This document shows positions 25,400 to 37,218 of a stretch of 64,000 nucleotides of DNA, piece by piece. The stretch comes from Callorhinchus milii (Eukaryota). The DNA is taken from contig NW_024704742.1 of the NCBI RefSeq assembly GCF_018977255.1, positions 85,252,001 to 85,316,000 of the forward strand. Reading direction: 5' to 3'. Numbering within the stretch: the stretch's first letter is position 1; the number at the start of each line of letters is the position of its first letter. The translations under genes and the position numbers were made by a program. The notes under the pieces are model-generated. The model ran no database searches and was not told the origin of the DNA. It saw only the letters and a list, made by a program, of their open reading frames with translations.

Positions 25400-26442
25400 A
25401 TTAGCTACTCCTTGAACTAGCACCTGCCAGAAAAGTTCTACTGATGTTCTTTTGTGAGGGGCTAACGCAACGAAGCTCACCATGAGAAGGGTGAGCTCCT
25501 GGCAACAGCTATGGTTTCAGCCCTCTGTTAGTTGGGATCGGTATTGCAGCACTTCTGATGTGAGGCGCGTGATCTGCCCTCACAGAGAGGAACCTATCCA
25601 CACTGGAACACAGAACTACTTTGAGCACTTGTTCACTAGGCTCAGGCTGGGCTTGTTCTGCCCGAGAGATGATCCCGTTACCTGACTTGCTCGGGTGGTT
25701 GTGAAGATATGGTTCAGGTTCGCATTGTCCTTTGACAATTTGGAGCCTAGAAGAGTTTGGGGGGATTGGAACTTGTCTGCGGGGACAACCCTCGTTTACC
25801 TAAGTGGAACGCATTTGGTCTATTTTGGTTAATGGGGGTGAGCAGGTCTGACCTCGCTCCAGCTCTGTCACCTGCGTTCATGAGACATAAACTAATGAGC
25901 CCATTTCATTTTTCAAAGCAGGTTCTTATTATAAAAGCTACAATTTATCAAAGAAGGCAAAGGATCTTTATTTTAAGGATAAATAGTAATAATAAATAAA
26001 ATTAATCCTTTCAAGTTGGGAAGACAACCCAAAATTCTTCAAAAGATATACTGTAAAGTGAGAATTACATATTAATACATTAAAATATGAATGTATTAAA
26101 TATTAATATTAAACATTTATGTTAAATATTAAACCTACTAATTTTGAAACTTGCTCTTCAGTTTTTGTAAACAGCTGATGTTTACATTTTTTAAAAAATC
26201 TAGTGACGGTGAACTTGCAGAGCTCCAAACTAATGCTGCTGTGCTAATTGGAGGCTTATTTATATATGTGTGTATATATATATTTCTAATTCAAAGCCTA
26301 TTTATATTATTTAAAATCCCGTATTATGATTAAGCCTACGATAAATAACAACAGCTCATATTGTTTGTTTCAAAAATTTAGTCTGAACCTTGTGTACATA
26401 TATTGAGCTCTGCTGAATTCACCTCTCGTCTGTTTTCCTTAG

Positions 26443-26508
26443 GATATAGCTGAACACTGTGGAATAAGCTGCATGCCAACATTCCAGTTCTACAAGAATG
26501 GAGCAAAG
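26443..26508 (+). CDS. TXN: Thioredoxin exon 4
   Basis: ttccttag|GAT...AAG|gtaaat, 66 bp; DIAEHCGISCMPTFQFYKNGAK (cis-Pro MPTF motif). Confidence 0.96.
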
Positions 26509-26804
26509 GTAAATCGGGATTTGTACCGTGTGGGGGAATATTAGGTTAAATAAATTTGATTCCCTTGGGCTTTTGGTATCCCTGTTACTGGGATCAATCC
26601 CTGGGATTTTATGAACCCAAACTACCGCAATATAACAAAAATAACATCTTTCAAACGCATTCCTTAGAGGTTCTAGTCTGAAAGTGTTCAGATATTTACT
26701 AACATTTACTTTGAAGAATCTGTTATTGATGCTGGTAACTGTACGTTTTGTATGGGCACAATACTAAATGCAAGGATTATTACTATTATTTTATATTTCC
26801 TCAG

Positions 26805-26867
26805 GTGTTTGAGTTTTCTGGGGCAAATCGAATGACGCTGGAAGACAAAATCCAAGAGCTGCAGTAA
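26805..26867 (+). CDS. TXN: Thioredoxin exon 5 (terminal)
   Basis: ttcctcag|GTG...CAG TAA; VFEFSGANRMTLEDKIQELQ*. The five exons total 106 aa. Confidence 0.95.
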   Translation: MFEFSGANRMTLEDKIQELQ

Positions 26868-27770
26868 TCGTGCATGTAAAAATGCATTGAAACTGGTGTT
26901 TCAGACTAAAATGTTCAGTAATTTATTTAGTCAAACAATTTGTAAGAGATAGAGTTGTTTATCTAGAATGTGAATGAATAACGTTTCTTGGGGATTAAAT
27001 CTGCTAGGGTTTTTCCAAGATCAGTTTCCTCAATTAAAAATGTAGGCTTTTAAAGAACATAAGTAGATTTGGTTATAATCTAATATCAAACTGACAATTT
27101 CAGCCTTAGTCTCCATCTCTGCAACTATCCTACTTTCTATAACATTTAGCATTGTTGATAGAAAATTATCTTGAGCTGCAATTTGGATAAATATGTTTTG
27201 TTTTCATCTTTACACAGAAATTTTCTTCACCTTAACTCCACCCACTAAACTACCAATTGCTGCTGGTAAACGTGCCCTTGAAAATTACTGATTGCAGTAG
27301 TTCTCGGTTGTGCACTCCATTCCATTAACTTTGTGACATTTAAAAATCAACCATGAGCTGTTTTTTTTTGGTCCGCGTGATATCTGACACATCAGGAAAC
27401 CCATTTATCACACTTTGTCCATAGATGAAAAAAAAGACCATAACAGCTGACATTTGTGACATATTGACAAAGATGTTTCATTTTGGAGGTTGTACCTAGC
27501 AGTTTGTTGTAGTCTAGGTAGCCTGCTTTTGCCAATACTTATTTTTCTTAAGAATTTAGCAAGATCCAATAAATCAATTTCTTACTTACAACAAAAAAAT
27601 TCTAACAAGACCATTAAATTGATCAAAAAGTTTTGAATAGAATGAGACCATCAGAATTTGATCTGCCTAAAACCACAATAGCAGCTATTTCATTTTGTTC
27701 TTCGCGGTTCAAGCTGGTGTATCTTCTGAATGTACACGTGTGGTGTAAGGTGTTTTTAATGTCTCAATAT

Positions 27771-27856
27771 AATAAATATTGCGCTTAACATCGTTTTATT
27801 GAAATAAAGGTTTTCAGTCAAGCTTTTTTTGCCTCAAATCTTTACTTTGAAATAAA
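27771..27856 (+). terminator. TXN: Cluster of three AATAAA polyadenylation signals for TXN
   Basis: AATAAA at 27771, 27803 and 27851. Confidence 0.6.
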
Positions 27857-28010
27857 AACATAGACTTGTAACTTGCTGAAGATATTTTATCTCCCTCTCA
27901 AAACTATTTTTAAGGCATTCTGAAGATAGATTTAAAAAATTGCCAGAGTTAATTTAATTCAAGACAATGATAATGGGGTTTATCTGCATCAGGATCTGAT
28001 GCAGTAGTGA

Positions 28011-28333
28011 AATAATAATAATAATAATCCTTGCATTTGATATAGCGCTTTTCACGTCAGGAGGACGTTCCAAAGCGCTTCACGGAACACACTGTAAAGT
28101 GAATTGACTGTATATTTGTGGGTGAACGCGGCAGCCAATTGCACACAGCAATGTCCCACAAACAGTTGTAGATTGAAAATTACCAATTTATTATTGTTTT
28201 TGATTTTTTTGAGGGATTATTATTAGGCGTGTGGAATAAGGAAACTTGCCCAGGGTTTCGCCCTCTGCCTGGAATTGAACTCAGGTCTCTCGCTTGCAAA
28301 GCGAGTGCTCTAACCACTGAGCTACAGGACTCC
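28011..28333 (-). mobile_element. Full-length SINE, short variant
   Basis: Close reverse complement of 11648-11945 and 56532-56845. Confidence 0.9.
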
Positions 28334-28943
28334 AGAAATGGAGCAACATTGTTGAAAAAATAGTCACAAATATTGTGACTGAATTAGCAATGAGATATTT
28401 GTTGATTCACAATTCATTACAGTTATACAATAATAGGCCTTGCATTTGATGACTGCACCTTACTCGTCAGGAGATCATTCTCGAAGTACTTCACAAGATT
28501 TACTGTAAAGTGTAGTGACTTTTGTGGGTAAATGTACCAGCCAGTTTGGACACAACAATGTCTTACAAACAACATCTTCGACAACGCAGCCCCCCTCCCC
28601 CCCCAAACTGCACGCAAGTGTCAGCCTAGACTTTGAGCTCCAAGTCCCGATCTTCTAACTCAGACTTGTCTTTTGACTGCAGATAGCAACTGCCATTTAC
28701 ACATCAACTCTGCCTTGGCAGTTAGTATTGATTATCAGACGCAATGGTGTTGGGAGGCATCCCAGTAAAGTCCATCTCTGCAGAACTGACATCCACATGT
28801 TTTCTTCCTACCAAATGGGAAGGGTGAGTTGGGGGGCATGGTGAAATCGGGAGTGGTAAATCTGGTTGTTACACATTTATTTTCTCTGACCCCTTTCCCT
28901 GGCCTGTGGATGCAAAACCCAATTTGCCTTCTTGCCCTCTTAG

Positions 28944-29003
28944 GAACTGGTGGAGAAAAATACAGGTGTAATATTCTGTGAAATTGACATGGATGATACA
29001 GCA
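28944..29003 (+). other. Duplicated TXN exon 3 (3b), open frame
   Basis: ctcttag|GAA...GCA|gtaagc, 60 bp; ELVEKNTGVIFCEIDMDDTA (12/20 aa identical to exon 3). Confidence 0.88.
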
Positions 29004-29114
29004 GTAAGCAGAAGCACCAACAATAATTTGCATTTATATAGTGCCCCTCACGTGCCCCTCACGTTATGGTCCCAGAGCATTTAGTTCAATTGTATGCACA
29101 GATCAGAAGTGGAG

Positions 29115-31800
29115 AACAACAACAACAACAAAATTACATTTATAGAGTGCCTTTCATGTCAGGAGTAAGTCTCAAAGCACTGAACAGTCAGGTATCGGGG
29201 CCCGAGCATGGTGGAGGGTGGTGTAGGGGTGAGGGAAGGCAGAGAAGTGGGAGGGTGACCAAAGGCATGGTTGAAGAGAAGGGTCTTGAGACCGGCTTGA
29301 AGCACGCAGGGGAGGAAGCGAGGCAAAGGGATTGGGGGATGGAGTTCCAGAGGTTGGGGGCGGAGTGGCTGAAGGCTCTCCCGCCAATCGTGGGGTGGGT
29401 GGGTCGGGGAACATGGAGTAGGCCGGAGCTGGCTGAGCGGAGGGAGCGTGTGGGTTGGTAGGGGGTTAGGAGGTCACAGAGATAGGGTGGAAATGAAAAA
29501 AAGGGGAAGAAATGATGCTTCAGCTTGTATAGAGCCCATCTGGAGTATTGCATTCAGTTTCGGGCACCAAACCTCAGGAAAGATGTATTGGCCCTGGAGG
29601 GGCACTGGGAGTTGGGGTCGGGAGAGGTGAAGGGCAAGGGGTTGGGGGTGAGAGGGTGGCTGAACGCCCAGTCAATGAGAAAGGTCTTTACACGGGACTT
29701 GAAGGAGGGGATGAGGTGGAGGGATTGAGTCCCAGAGTATGGGGGCCTAGAGTATGGGGCAGAGATGCTGAATGCCTGACCGCCAATGATGGGGTGGGAA
29801 ATGCGGGGGACCTGAAGCAGGCCAATGTCCACCGAGTGGAGGGAGCGGATAGGCTGATATGGGATTAGGAGGTCTGAGCGGTGCGGGGGAATGGAAGGAC
29901 TGGACTATGAGGAGCGACTCAGTAAATTGGGCATGTTCACACTGAAAAAGAGAAGAGTGAGCGGCGACATGATTGCTGTCTTTAAGATTCTAAAGGGACT
30001 GGACAACATAAAGCATAATAGGCTGCTTCAACTTGTCCAGAACAGTAAAACCAGAAGACACGGCCTGCGATTGAAGGGGATAAATTCAGAACGAATCTAC
30101 GCAAATACTATTTCAGTGAGTGTACAGTGAACCTGGGAACTGGCTCCTTCGGGAGACAGTTGAAGCAGGAAGTGTTGATTCTTTGAAACACAGATTAGAT
30201 AGTTTTCTTTCGGGAAATAATGTGGGGGCAGTGTGGCTGAAGGTCCGCCCGCCAATGTTGAGGTGGGCAAGGCAGGGGACGTGAAGCAGAAGGTCAAACA
30301 AGACCCCAAGGTTCTGGACTGGCTCAGTAAGGTGGAGTGTGCAACCATGGATGGTGATGCTGTCAGTGCCTGAGGTGAGGAGGCGCTAATGGGAGCCAAT
30401 CAGGAGAGCCTCGGTCTTGTTGACATTCAACTGAAGAAAGTTACTTCAGTTCTTGATGTCTGACAGACATTCTGTCAGCACAGCTTTGGTCCTGGAGTCA
30501 AGGGTGGAGGCAGAGAGGTACAGTTGGGTGTCATCTACATACCTGTGGAAGTTGACTTCATGTCTGCGGATGATGTCACCAAGAGGGAGCATATAGATGT
30601 TGAAGAGGAGGGGAGCAAGGACACAGCCCTGAGGAATGCCACACAAGATGGTACGGGAGCTAGAGGAGAAGTCGTTTGTGGAAATGAAGTTGAGATGGTG
30701 TGAGAGGTAGGATCTGAACCATTCAAGGACAGAACCATGAAGATTGAGGTGAAAGGAGAGACGATGGATGAGGATATAGTGGTCAATGGTATTGAAGGCA
30801 GCAGAGAGATCAAGGAGGATGAGGAGGCAGAGTGAGCCCTGGTCGCAGATGGACAGAATGTCATTTGTCACTTTTACCGGAGCTGTTTCTGTGCTGTGGG
30901 CAGCACGGAAACCTGATTGGAGGGGTTCTTGAGGGAGCAGCATGAGAGGAAGGAGTGAAGCTGGGAAGCAACCACTCCTTCTAGGAAGTGGAGATTGGGA
31001 AGGAGACTGTGAGCAGGGATGGGTTCAGGGAGGGATTTTTAAGGACAGGTGTGGCCGTTTTTAAAGGGAGGGATCAGTGCGAATGGGCAGGGAGAGGTTT
31101 ATGATGTCTGTGAGTAGAGGGGCAAGGAGGTGGAGCTGGGAGATAAGGAGAGAAATAGGGATAGGGTCGAGGGAGCAGGTGGTCAGTTTCATGTGGGTTA
31201 TAGTGGTGGTGAGAAAGGAGTGGGAGACAGGTTCAAAGGTGTGGAGGGAGGGCTGGTAGGGGCCAGGGTGAGAGGGGGAGATGGGGAGGGGGTAGTAGAC
31301 GGAAAGGCAAAGGCAGCTGAGAGGATCCCCTGGACTTTGGTTTCGAGGAAGTCTAGCATCGCCTGCCAGTTGGCATTGGAGGTAAGGATGGGCGAGGCGT
31401 GAGTTGGTGGGTGGAGGAGCCAGTTGGTAATGGAGAAGAGGAGCCTGCATAGGTAGTTTGGGACATATCTGCATGCGACTGCCAGGAAGGTGGAGGGCGA
31501 ACTAGATGGACCTTGGTCTTTTTTCGTCTAGCATTTCTGATGTTCTTATGATTCTCTGAGGGACGGGGAGCCAGTAAAGCTGGGCAAGAATGGAGGTGAT
31601 TGGTTCGCGGAGCTTGGTGCGGGACAGGACACGAGCTGCAGAGTTTTGTGTAATGCAGCTTGTGGAGGGAAGAGTTGGGAAGTCCAGCGAGAGTCAGTTG
31701 GCATAGTCAAGCCGGGAAATGATGGAAGTGTGGATCAGTGTCTCGGCGGCCTGTGGTGGGAGGCAGTGGCGGAGGCAAGCAATGTTGTAGAGGTGGGGCA
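29115..31800. mobile_element. Nested cluster of L2 fragments (-) with a CR1 fragment (+; 29510-29605 and 29890-30215)
   Basis: L2 RT motifs on the minus strand (QSGFRAAHSTETA, LDLSAAFNTIDH, YVDDTQLY); CR1 motifs HLEYCIQF and GLDYEERLSKLG on the plus strand. Confidence 0.85.
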
Positions 31801-32384
31801 AGTGCTTTGAGACGGCTCAATGACGAGGCACTATATCAAATGCAAGGATTATTATTATTACTAACATCCTGAGTCCTCAAGTTAGCTGAACATCAGGCTT
31901 TGAATTTCTCTGCAATGATGTCCAGTTCCTTTAGAACTATGAAAGATTGGCTGTAAGTATTAAATCTAGCTGCATGAATCCATTAAGAATTAAATCTGGA
32001 AGCCAAACAAACTATCCAACCTCAATTTTTCAATGATTGTTTTTAGAAATAACTAAAAATTAATAAAATTCATGTTGATTGATGAGGTAGTAGGAGACTG
32101 AGTGAAATTGATTTAGGTTCAAAGAATCTCCGTATTCTTTGTTTAAATATTATATTCAGTGAAATGGAGATAATGACTAGATTCCGAGGATATTTGGAGG
32201 AAGTGGATACATCTGGTGTGTAATTGGCAAGTCTTCTGGGAATTGAATCTGAATTGTACAGGGTTGGAGAAATGAAGAAGTTTATTTCTACCATTCCAAG
32301 GGCTTTTTTACAATAACAACTTGCATTTAGATAGCGCACCTCATGCAGGATACTGCCCCAAAGTGCTTTACAGTGGTTTTTATA

Positions 32385-32708
32385 TAATAATAATAATAAT
32401 TTTTGCATTTGATATAGTGCCTCATCACACATGTTTTCTCAACTTCTCAAAGCGCTTCACAGAATATACTGCAAAGTGAATTGACTGTATATTTTATGGG
32501 CGAAACAGTAGCCAATTGCGCACAGCAGTGTCCCACAAACAGTCGTGGATTCAGTGACTAAATTATTATTGTTTTTATTTTTTTCTTGAGGGATTATTAT
32601 CAGGTGTGTGGAGTAAGGAAACTTGTCCAAGGTTTCGCCCTGCCGGGAATCAAACCCAGGTCTCTCGCTTTCAAGGCGAGTGCTCTAACCACTGAGCTAC
32701 AGGACTCC
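32385..32708 (-). mobile_element. Full-length SINE
   Basis: tRNA head at 32708, core and (AAT)n tail. Confidence 0.88.
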
Positions 32709-32799
32709 ATACCAACCAAGTCATGTTTCATGGCAGATATTTGTCATCCCATTTCTATGTTTGCTCGATTTAAAGAATTTTCTTTGGCATTTAAACTAA

Positions 32800-33063
32800 G
32801 TGGCAAAAGAACCAGAGGGGAGACAAGGAGAATTTTTACAGTCTCGAAAGCACTGCGGTGGAAGCAGATTTGATAATAGTTTCCAAAAGCGAATTAAGAT
32901 AGGTACTTAAAATGGAAACATTTGCAGGACTATGGGGTAAGAACGAGGGAGTGGTAATAATAATAATATAGTTGGTATAGTTGGTAGCTCTTTAAAAGAG
33001 CTGGCACAGGCATGATGGGCCGAATGGCCTCCTTCTGTCTGTAAAATTCTATGATTCTATGAT
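32800..33063 (+). mobile_element. CR1 3' end
   Basis: GATGGGCCGAATGGCCTCCTTCTG followed by an ATTCTATGATTCTATGA tail. Confidence 0.8.
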
Positions 33064-34059
33064 TTGTAAAATCCTACCCATCTTTGAGTGAGTTACAGCA
33101 GTCAGTTAATTTATATACACACTTTTCAGTGTATAGGCTGTCACACCAGTGCAATGCCGGAGGACCACTGCATTGTCAGGGGAGGTCATTAATTTATATA
33201 TCTATTTATAGTTTATATTGCAATTACAGCCTGGCCTCTGACATTTATTTACCCAAAAAGTCCAAATGCAAGTGCCGGCTCCATCGCTGCTTCATTGCCT
33301 GGAAGCCCAAGTTAGGCAAGTTTCCTTATTCCACAAGCCTCTTAGCAGTAAGTAGGAACCCGGTTATTAGTCGATTGGTAATAATCCCTTCAAAATAATA
33401 AATAATAAACAAATAAATAATAATTTGGTCACTCAATCGACGACTGTTTGGGAGACACTGCTGTGCACAATTGGCTGCTGTGTTTTCACCCACAAATTTG
33501 GTGAATTCACTGTACAGTATATTCTGCGAAGCGATTTGAGACATCTTGAAGACTTTCTGACCTGCTCACCCCCTGACCAACAACCCGCTGCCTCCACTCG
33601 ACTGACTCTATCCTCTATCCCTCCGCCGTGCCCCTTTGTTTCTCATTTTCAGGTCGCGCCTGAAGACCTTCCTATTCGACCGTGCCTATGGTCACCTCTC
33701 CCTCCTCCCGGCTCAGAGTTGTGCTCCGCCACTATCAAATGCTCTGGGACCCTACCCTGCCTGAGGGGCGCTATATAATTGCAAGTTGTTGTTGTGATCA
33801 GGCGCTATATCAAATACAAGGATTATTATTATTATTAAGGGCCACGCCCCGGTTTTGGTTGGGATTTTATGAACCTGATCTACCGCATTAGAACAGGATG
33901 ATTAAATTCTAATTCCTGAAAATTTCCAACCTTTCAAATGCTTTCTTTAAAGGTTCTATTCTAAAAAATGTTCAGATTTTGTTCTAATGTTTAAGAATTT
34001 GTTGTTGAAGCTGGCAACTGTACATTTCATATTATTACCATTATTTTTTATTTCTTCAG

Positions 34060-34122
34060 GTGTTTCAGTTTTCTGGGGTATATCCAAAGAAGCTGAAAGA
34101 AAAAATCCTTGAACTGCAGTAA
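34060..34122 (+). other. Duplicated TXN exon 5 (5b), open frame with the stop at the same position
   Basis: tttcttcag|GTG...CAG TAA; VFQFSGVYPKKLKEKILELQ* (11/20 aa identical to exon 5). Confidence 0.88.
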
Positions 34123-34819
34123 TCATGGATGTAACGATGCACTGAAACCGCTGTTTGAGACCAAAATGTTTAAGAAGTTATTTAGTGAAACATTTGTGAG
34201 GGGTTAAAATTGTTCATCTACATTGTGAATAACATTGTAACAATGAATAACTTTTCTTGTGGATTAAATCTGCTAGTAACTTTCCAAAACCAGTTTCCTC
34301 AATTTAAAATGTTGACTCTTAGAATTTCTTGGAATTAAGAATATAAATAGATTTGGTATATAACCAAAATGTCAAACTGACAATTTCCAGTCTTAGTCAC
34401 CATCTCTGCAACTGTCCTACTTGCTACAGCTTGGCATTGTTTAAAGAAAACGATATTGAGCTGCAATTTGGGTAAATATGGTTCTCGGTTCATTTTGTTC
34501 ATTGCAAACATATGAATTTTGCCCTTTGGATTTTTGCACAGAAGTGTCCTTTTTTCACCTTAACTTCATGCACCGAGCTACCACCTGCTACTGGTAAATG
34601 TCCACCTGAGAATTATTAATTGCGGTAGTTCTCTGTTCTGCACTGTATTCCAATATCTTTGTGACATTTAAATATCAATTGTGAGCTGTTTCTTTTTTTG
34701 TTCAGCCTGGTGTCTGACATATGCAGAAACCTATCACCACGAGTGAGAGTATCCAAACCTAACTGATGGTTCTTGTTTCTGAACCATTTCATTGAGCTGG
34801 GCATCTTTGTTACACACAC

Positions 34820-36460
34820 CGCCGTGCCCCACGCCCCAACCGCCTCGGCCAAATCGTCCTTCTACTCCAGGTTAATCCTGGAGGTGAAGGGCAACCCCAG
34901 GCTCCTGTTCTCCAGCATCAACTGGCTCCTCCGCCCTCCCCGTCACACCTCGCAGATTTTTTCCTCTGTCTCTCACTGCGAGAAAATACTGGACTTCCTT
35001 GAGTCCAAAATCGAGGGAATTTGCTCAGCTGCTACTGCCCTCCCAACTTCCACCCCCTCCCTACCCCCAGCCCACACTCCGACCATTACCCATCCCTCCT
35101 TCCACAACTTTGAACCTGTCAACCCCTCCTCTGTCTTCACTACCATATCCTCCATGAAGCTCACCACCTGCTCCCTGGATCCCGTCCCCACTCCTCTCCT
35201 TAAATCCCAGCTCCATCTTGCCCCAATGGTTGCCAACATCATCAACCTCTCCCTGTCATCTGGCACTGTTCCTTCCCCCCTCAGAACAGCCACTATCACC
35301 CCCACCTTGAAGAAACCTTTCCTCGACCCATCACAGCTATCCAGCTACCGGCCCATCTCAAACCTCCATTTCCTATCCAAGGTCCTTGAGAGAGCCGTTG
35401 CCTCCCAACTTCGCTCTCTCCTCTCACTCCCTCCATGAAACCCTCCAATCGGGTCAAGGTCACAAACGACATCCTGATCATGTGTGACCAGGGCTCCTCT
35501 GCCTCCTCGACCTCTCCACCGCCTTTGATACTGTGGACTATTCAATCCTCTTCTACCGCCTCTCCTCCCACCTCAGCCTTCAAGGTTCTGTCCTTGACTG
35601 GTTCAGGTCCTATCTTTTACACCGCCTCCATTTTGTCTCCGCAAATGGCTTCTCCTCCAGCCCCCGCACTTCTCGTGCGGTGTTCCTCAGGGCTCTCGGT
35701 CCCTTTCTCTTCACCCTCTACGTGCTCCCACTTGGTGACATCATCCGCAGACATGGGGTAAATTTCCACATGTTTGCGGATGAGACCCAACTCTACCTCT
35801 CTGCCTCCACCCTGAACTCCAGGACTACTGGCGTCCTGACTTACTGCTTGTCCGACATCAAGTCCTGGATGAGGGACAACTTTCTCCAACGCAACGTCAG
35901 CAAGACCGAGGCCCTCCTGATTGGCTCGCGCCAGCACCTGCGCGCCTCAGGCCCTGGCAGCATCAGCCTTCACGGCTGCACACTCAACCTCACTAAGCCA
36001 GTCAGGGACCTGAGTGTCTTGTTTGACACTGAACTGTCCTTTCTCCCCCACACTCGCCCATGACTGGCACTGCCTACCACCACCTCCGCAACATTGCCAG
36101 ACTCTGCCACAGTGTTGCACCCTCCTACCTACCTGCTGACTCCCTACCAAACTGACCGCTCCCTCCGCTCAGTGGGCTCCGGCCTGCTCCATGTCTCCCG
36201 CCCATCGGCGGCCGGGCTATCAGCCTCTCTGCCCCCATACTCTGGAACTCCATCCCACGGTCCCTTTGCCTCGCTTCCTCCCTTGCCTCCTTCAAGGCCG
36301 GTCTCAAGACCCTTTTCTTCGATCGTGCCTTTGGTCTCCCTCCCATCTCTCTGCCTTCCCTCACCCCTACACCACCACTCCACCATGCTCGGGCCCCGAC
36401 ACCCAACCGTACGTCCTCCTGACGTGAAAGGCGCTCTATAAATGTAATTTTGTTGATGTT
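34820..36460 (+). mobile_element. L2 LINE 3' fragment inserted in the duplicated TXN 3' UTR
   Basis: TCSLDPVPT, SYRPISNLHFLSKVLER and FADETQLY with frameshifts; tail GTGAAAGGCGCTCTATAAATGTAATTTTGTTG. Confidence 0.9.
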
Positions 36461-36862
36461 AGTTGCCCATTGCAGCACATGATTGAGGAATGCCCTCCCT
36501 GTGTGACACCAAGTACAGCATGTGTAAACACTTCACCATTAAACACTGAAATTAACCCCATCGTTAACTGGTTAGTGAAACTGAATTATAGATGTAAACA
36601 ATTCTTTAAATCCAGCTGCAGCAATTTATCTCTTGGGCTTTTCATCAGTAACAATATATCACACATTGTGCATAGCTGAAAAAAGACTGTAATAGCTGAC
36701 TTTTGTGAAATGTAGACAAAGGAATTTCATTTTTGAGGTTTGTACCTAGTTGTTTGTTGAGGTCTAGGTAGCCTGCTTTTGTCAATACATTTTTTCCTTA
36801 AGAATTTCTACTTTCTACTATCAGAATTTGATCTGCATAAAACCACAATAGCTGTCAGTGCC

Positions 36863-37218
36863 TACAACAACTTGGATTTATATAGCGCCCTCCACGCTGG
36901 ACGGCGTCTCAGAGCGCTTCACAGTAACGGATCCTGGGGCCGAGCCAGGGGTAGGGGGAGGAAGGTGACCAAAGGCGCAGTCGAAAAGAAAGGTCTTCAG
37001 CCGGGACCTGAAAATAGGAAGAGAAGGGGTGAGGCGAAGGGAGTGAGGAAGGGAGTTCCAGAGCCTCAGGGCAAGGTGGCTGAAGGCACGGCCACCGAGG
37101 GTGGAGCGGAGGACTTGGGGGACGAGGAAAAGGCCAGACCCGGAGGAACAAAGGCAACGGGCACTATTTTGAGGAGAGAGGTCAGAGAGGTAGGGGGCTG
37201 CAGAGGAGTGCAGGGAGG
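36863..37218 (-). mobile_element. L2-type 3' fragment inserted in the duplicated TXN 3' UTR
   Basis: ACAACAACTTGGATTTATATAGCGC tail; TXN UTR homology resumes on both sides. Confidence 0.75.

Noticed and set aside
31880..31960. Possible degenerate TXN exon 4 copy (TAGCTGAACA...TCCAGTTC...GTAAGT)
   Set aside because: Only two short word matches, wrong spacing and no flanking intron homology, whereas the true duplicated parts are about 80% identical. A local alignment score would settle it.
34773..36063. Long ORFs of 221 and 176 aa suggesting an active reverse transcriptase
   Set aside because: Frameshifted, 5'-truncated L2 with a damaged catalytic motif (FADE).
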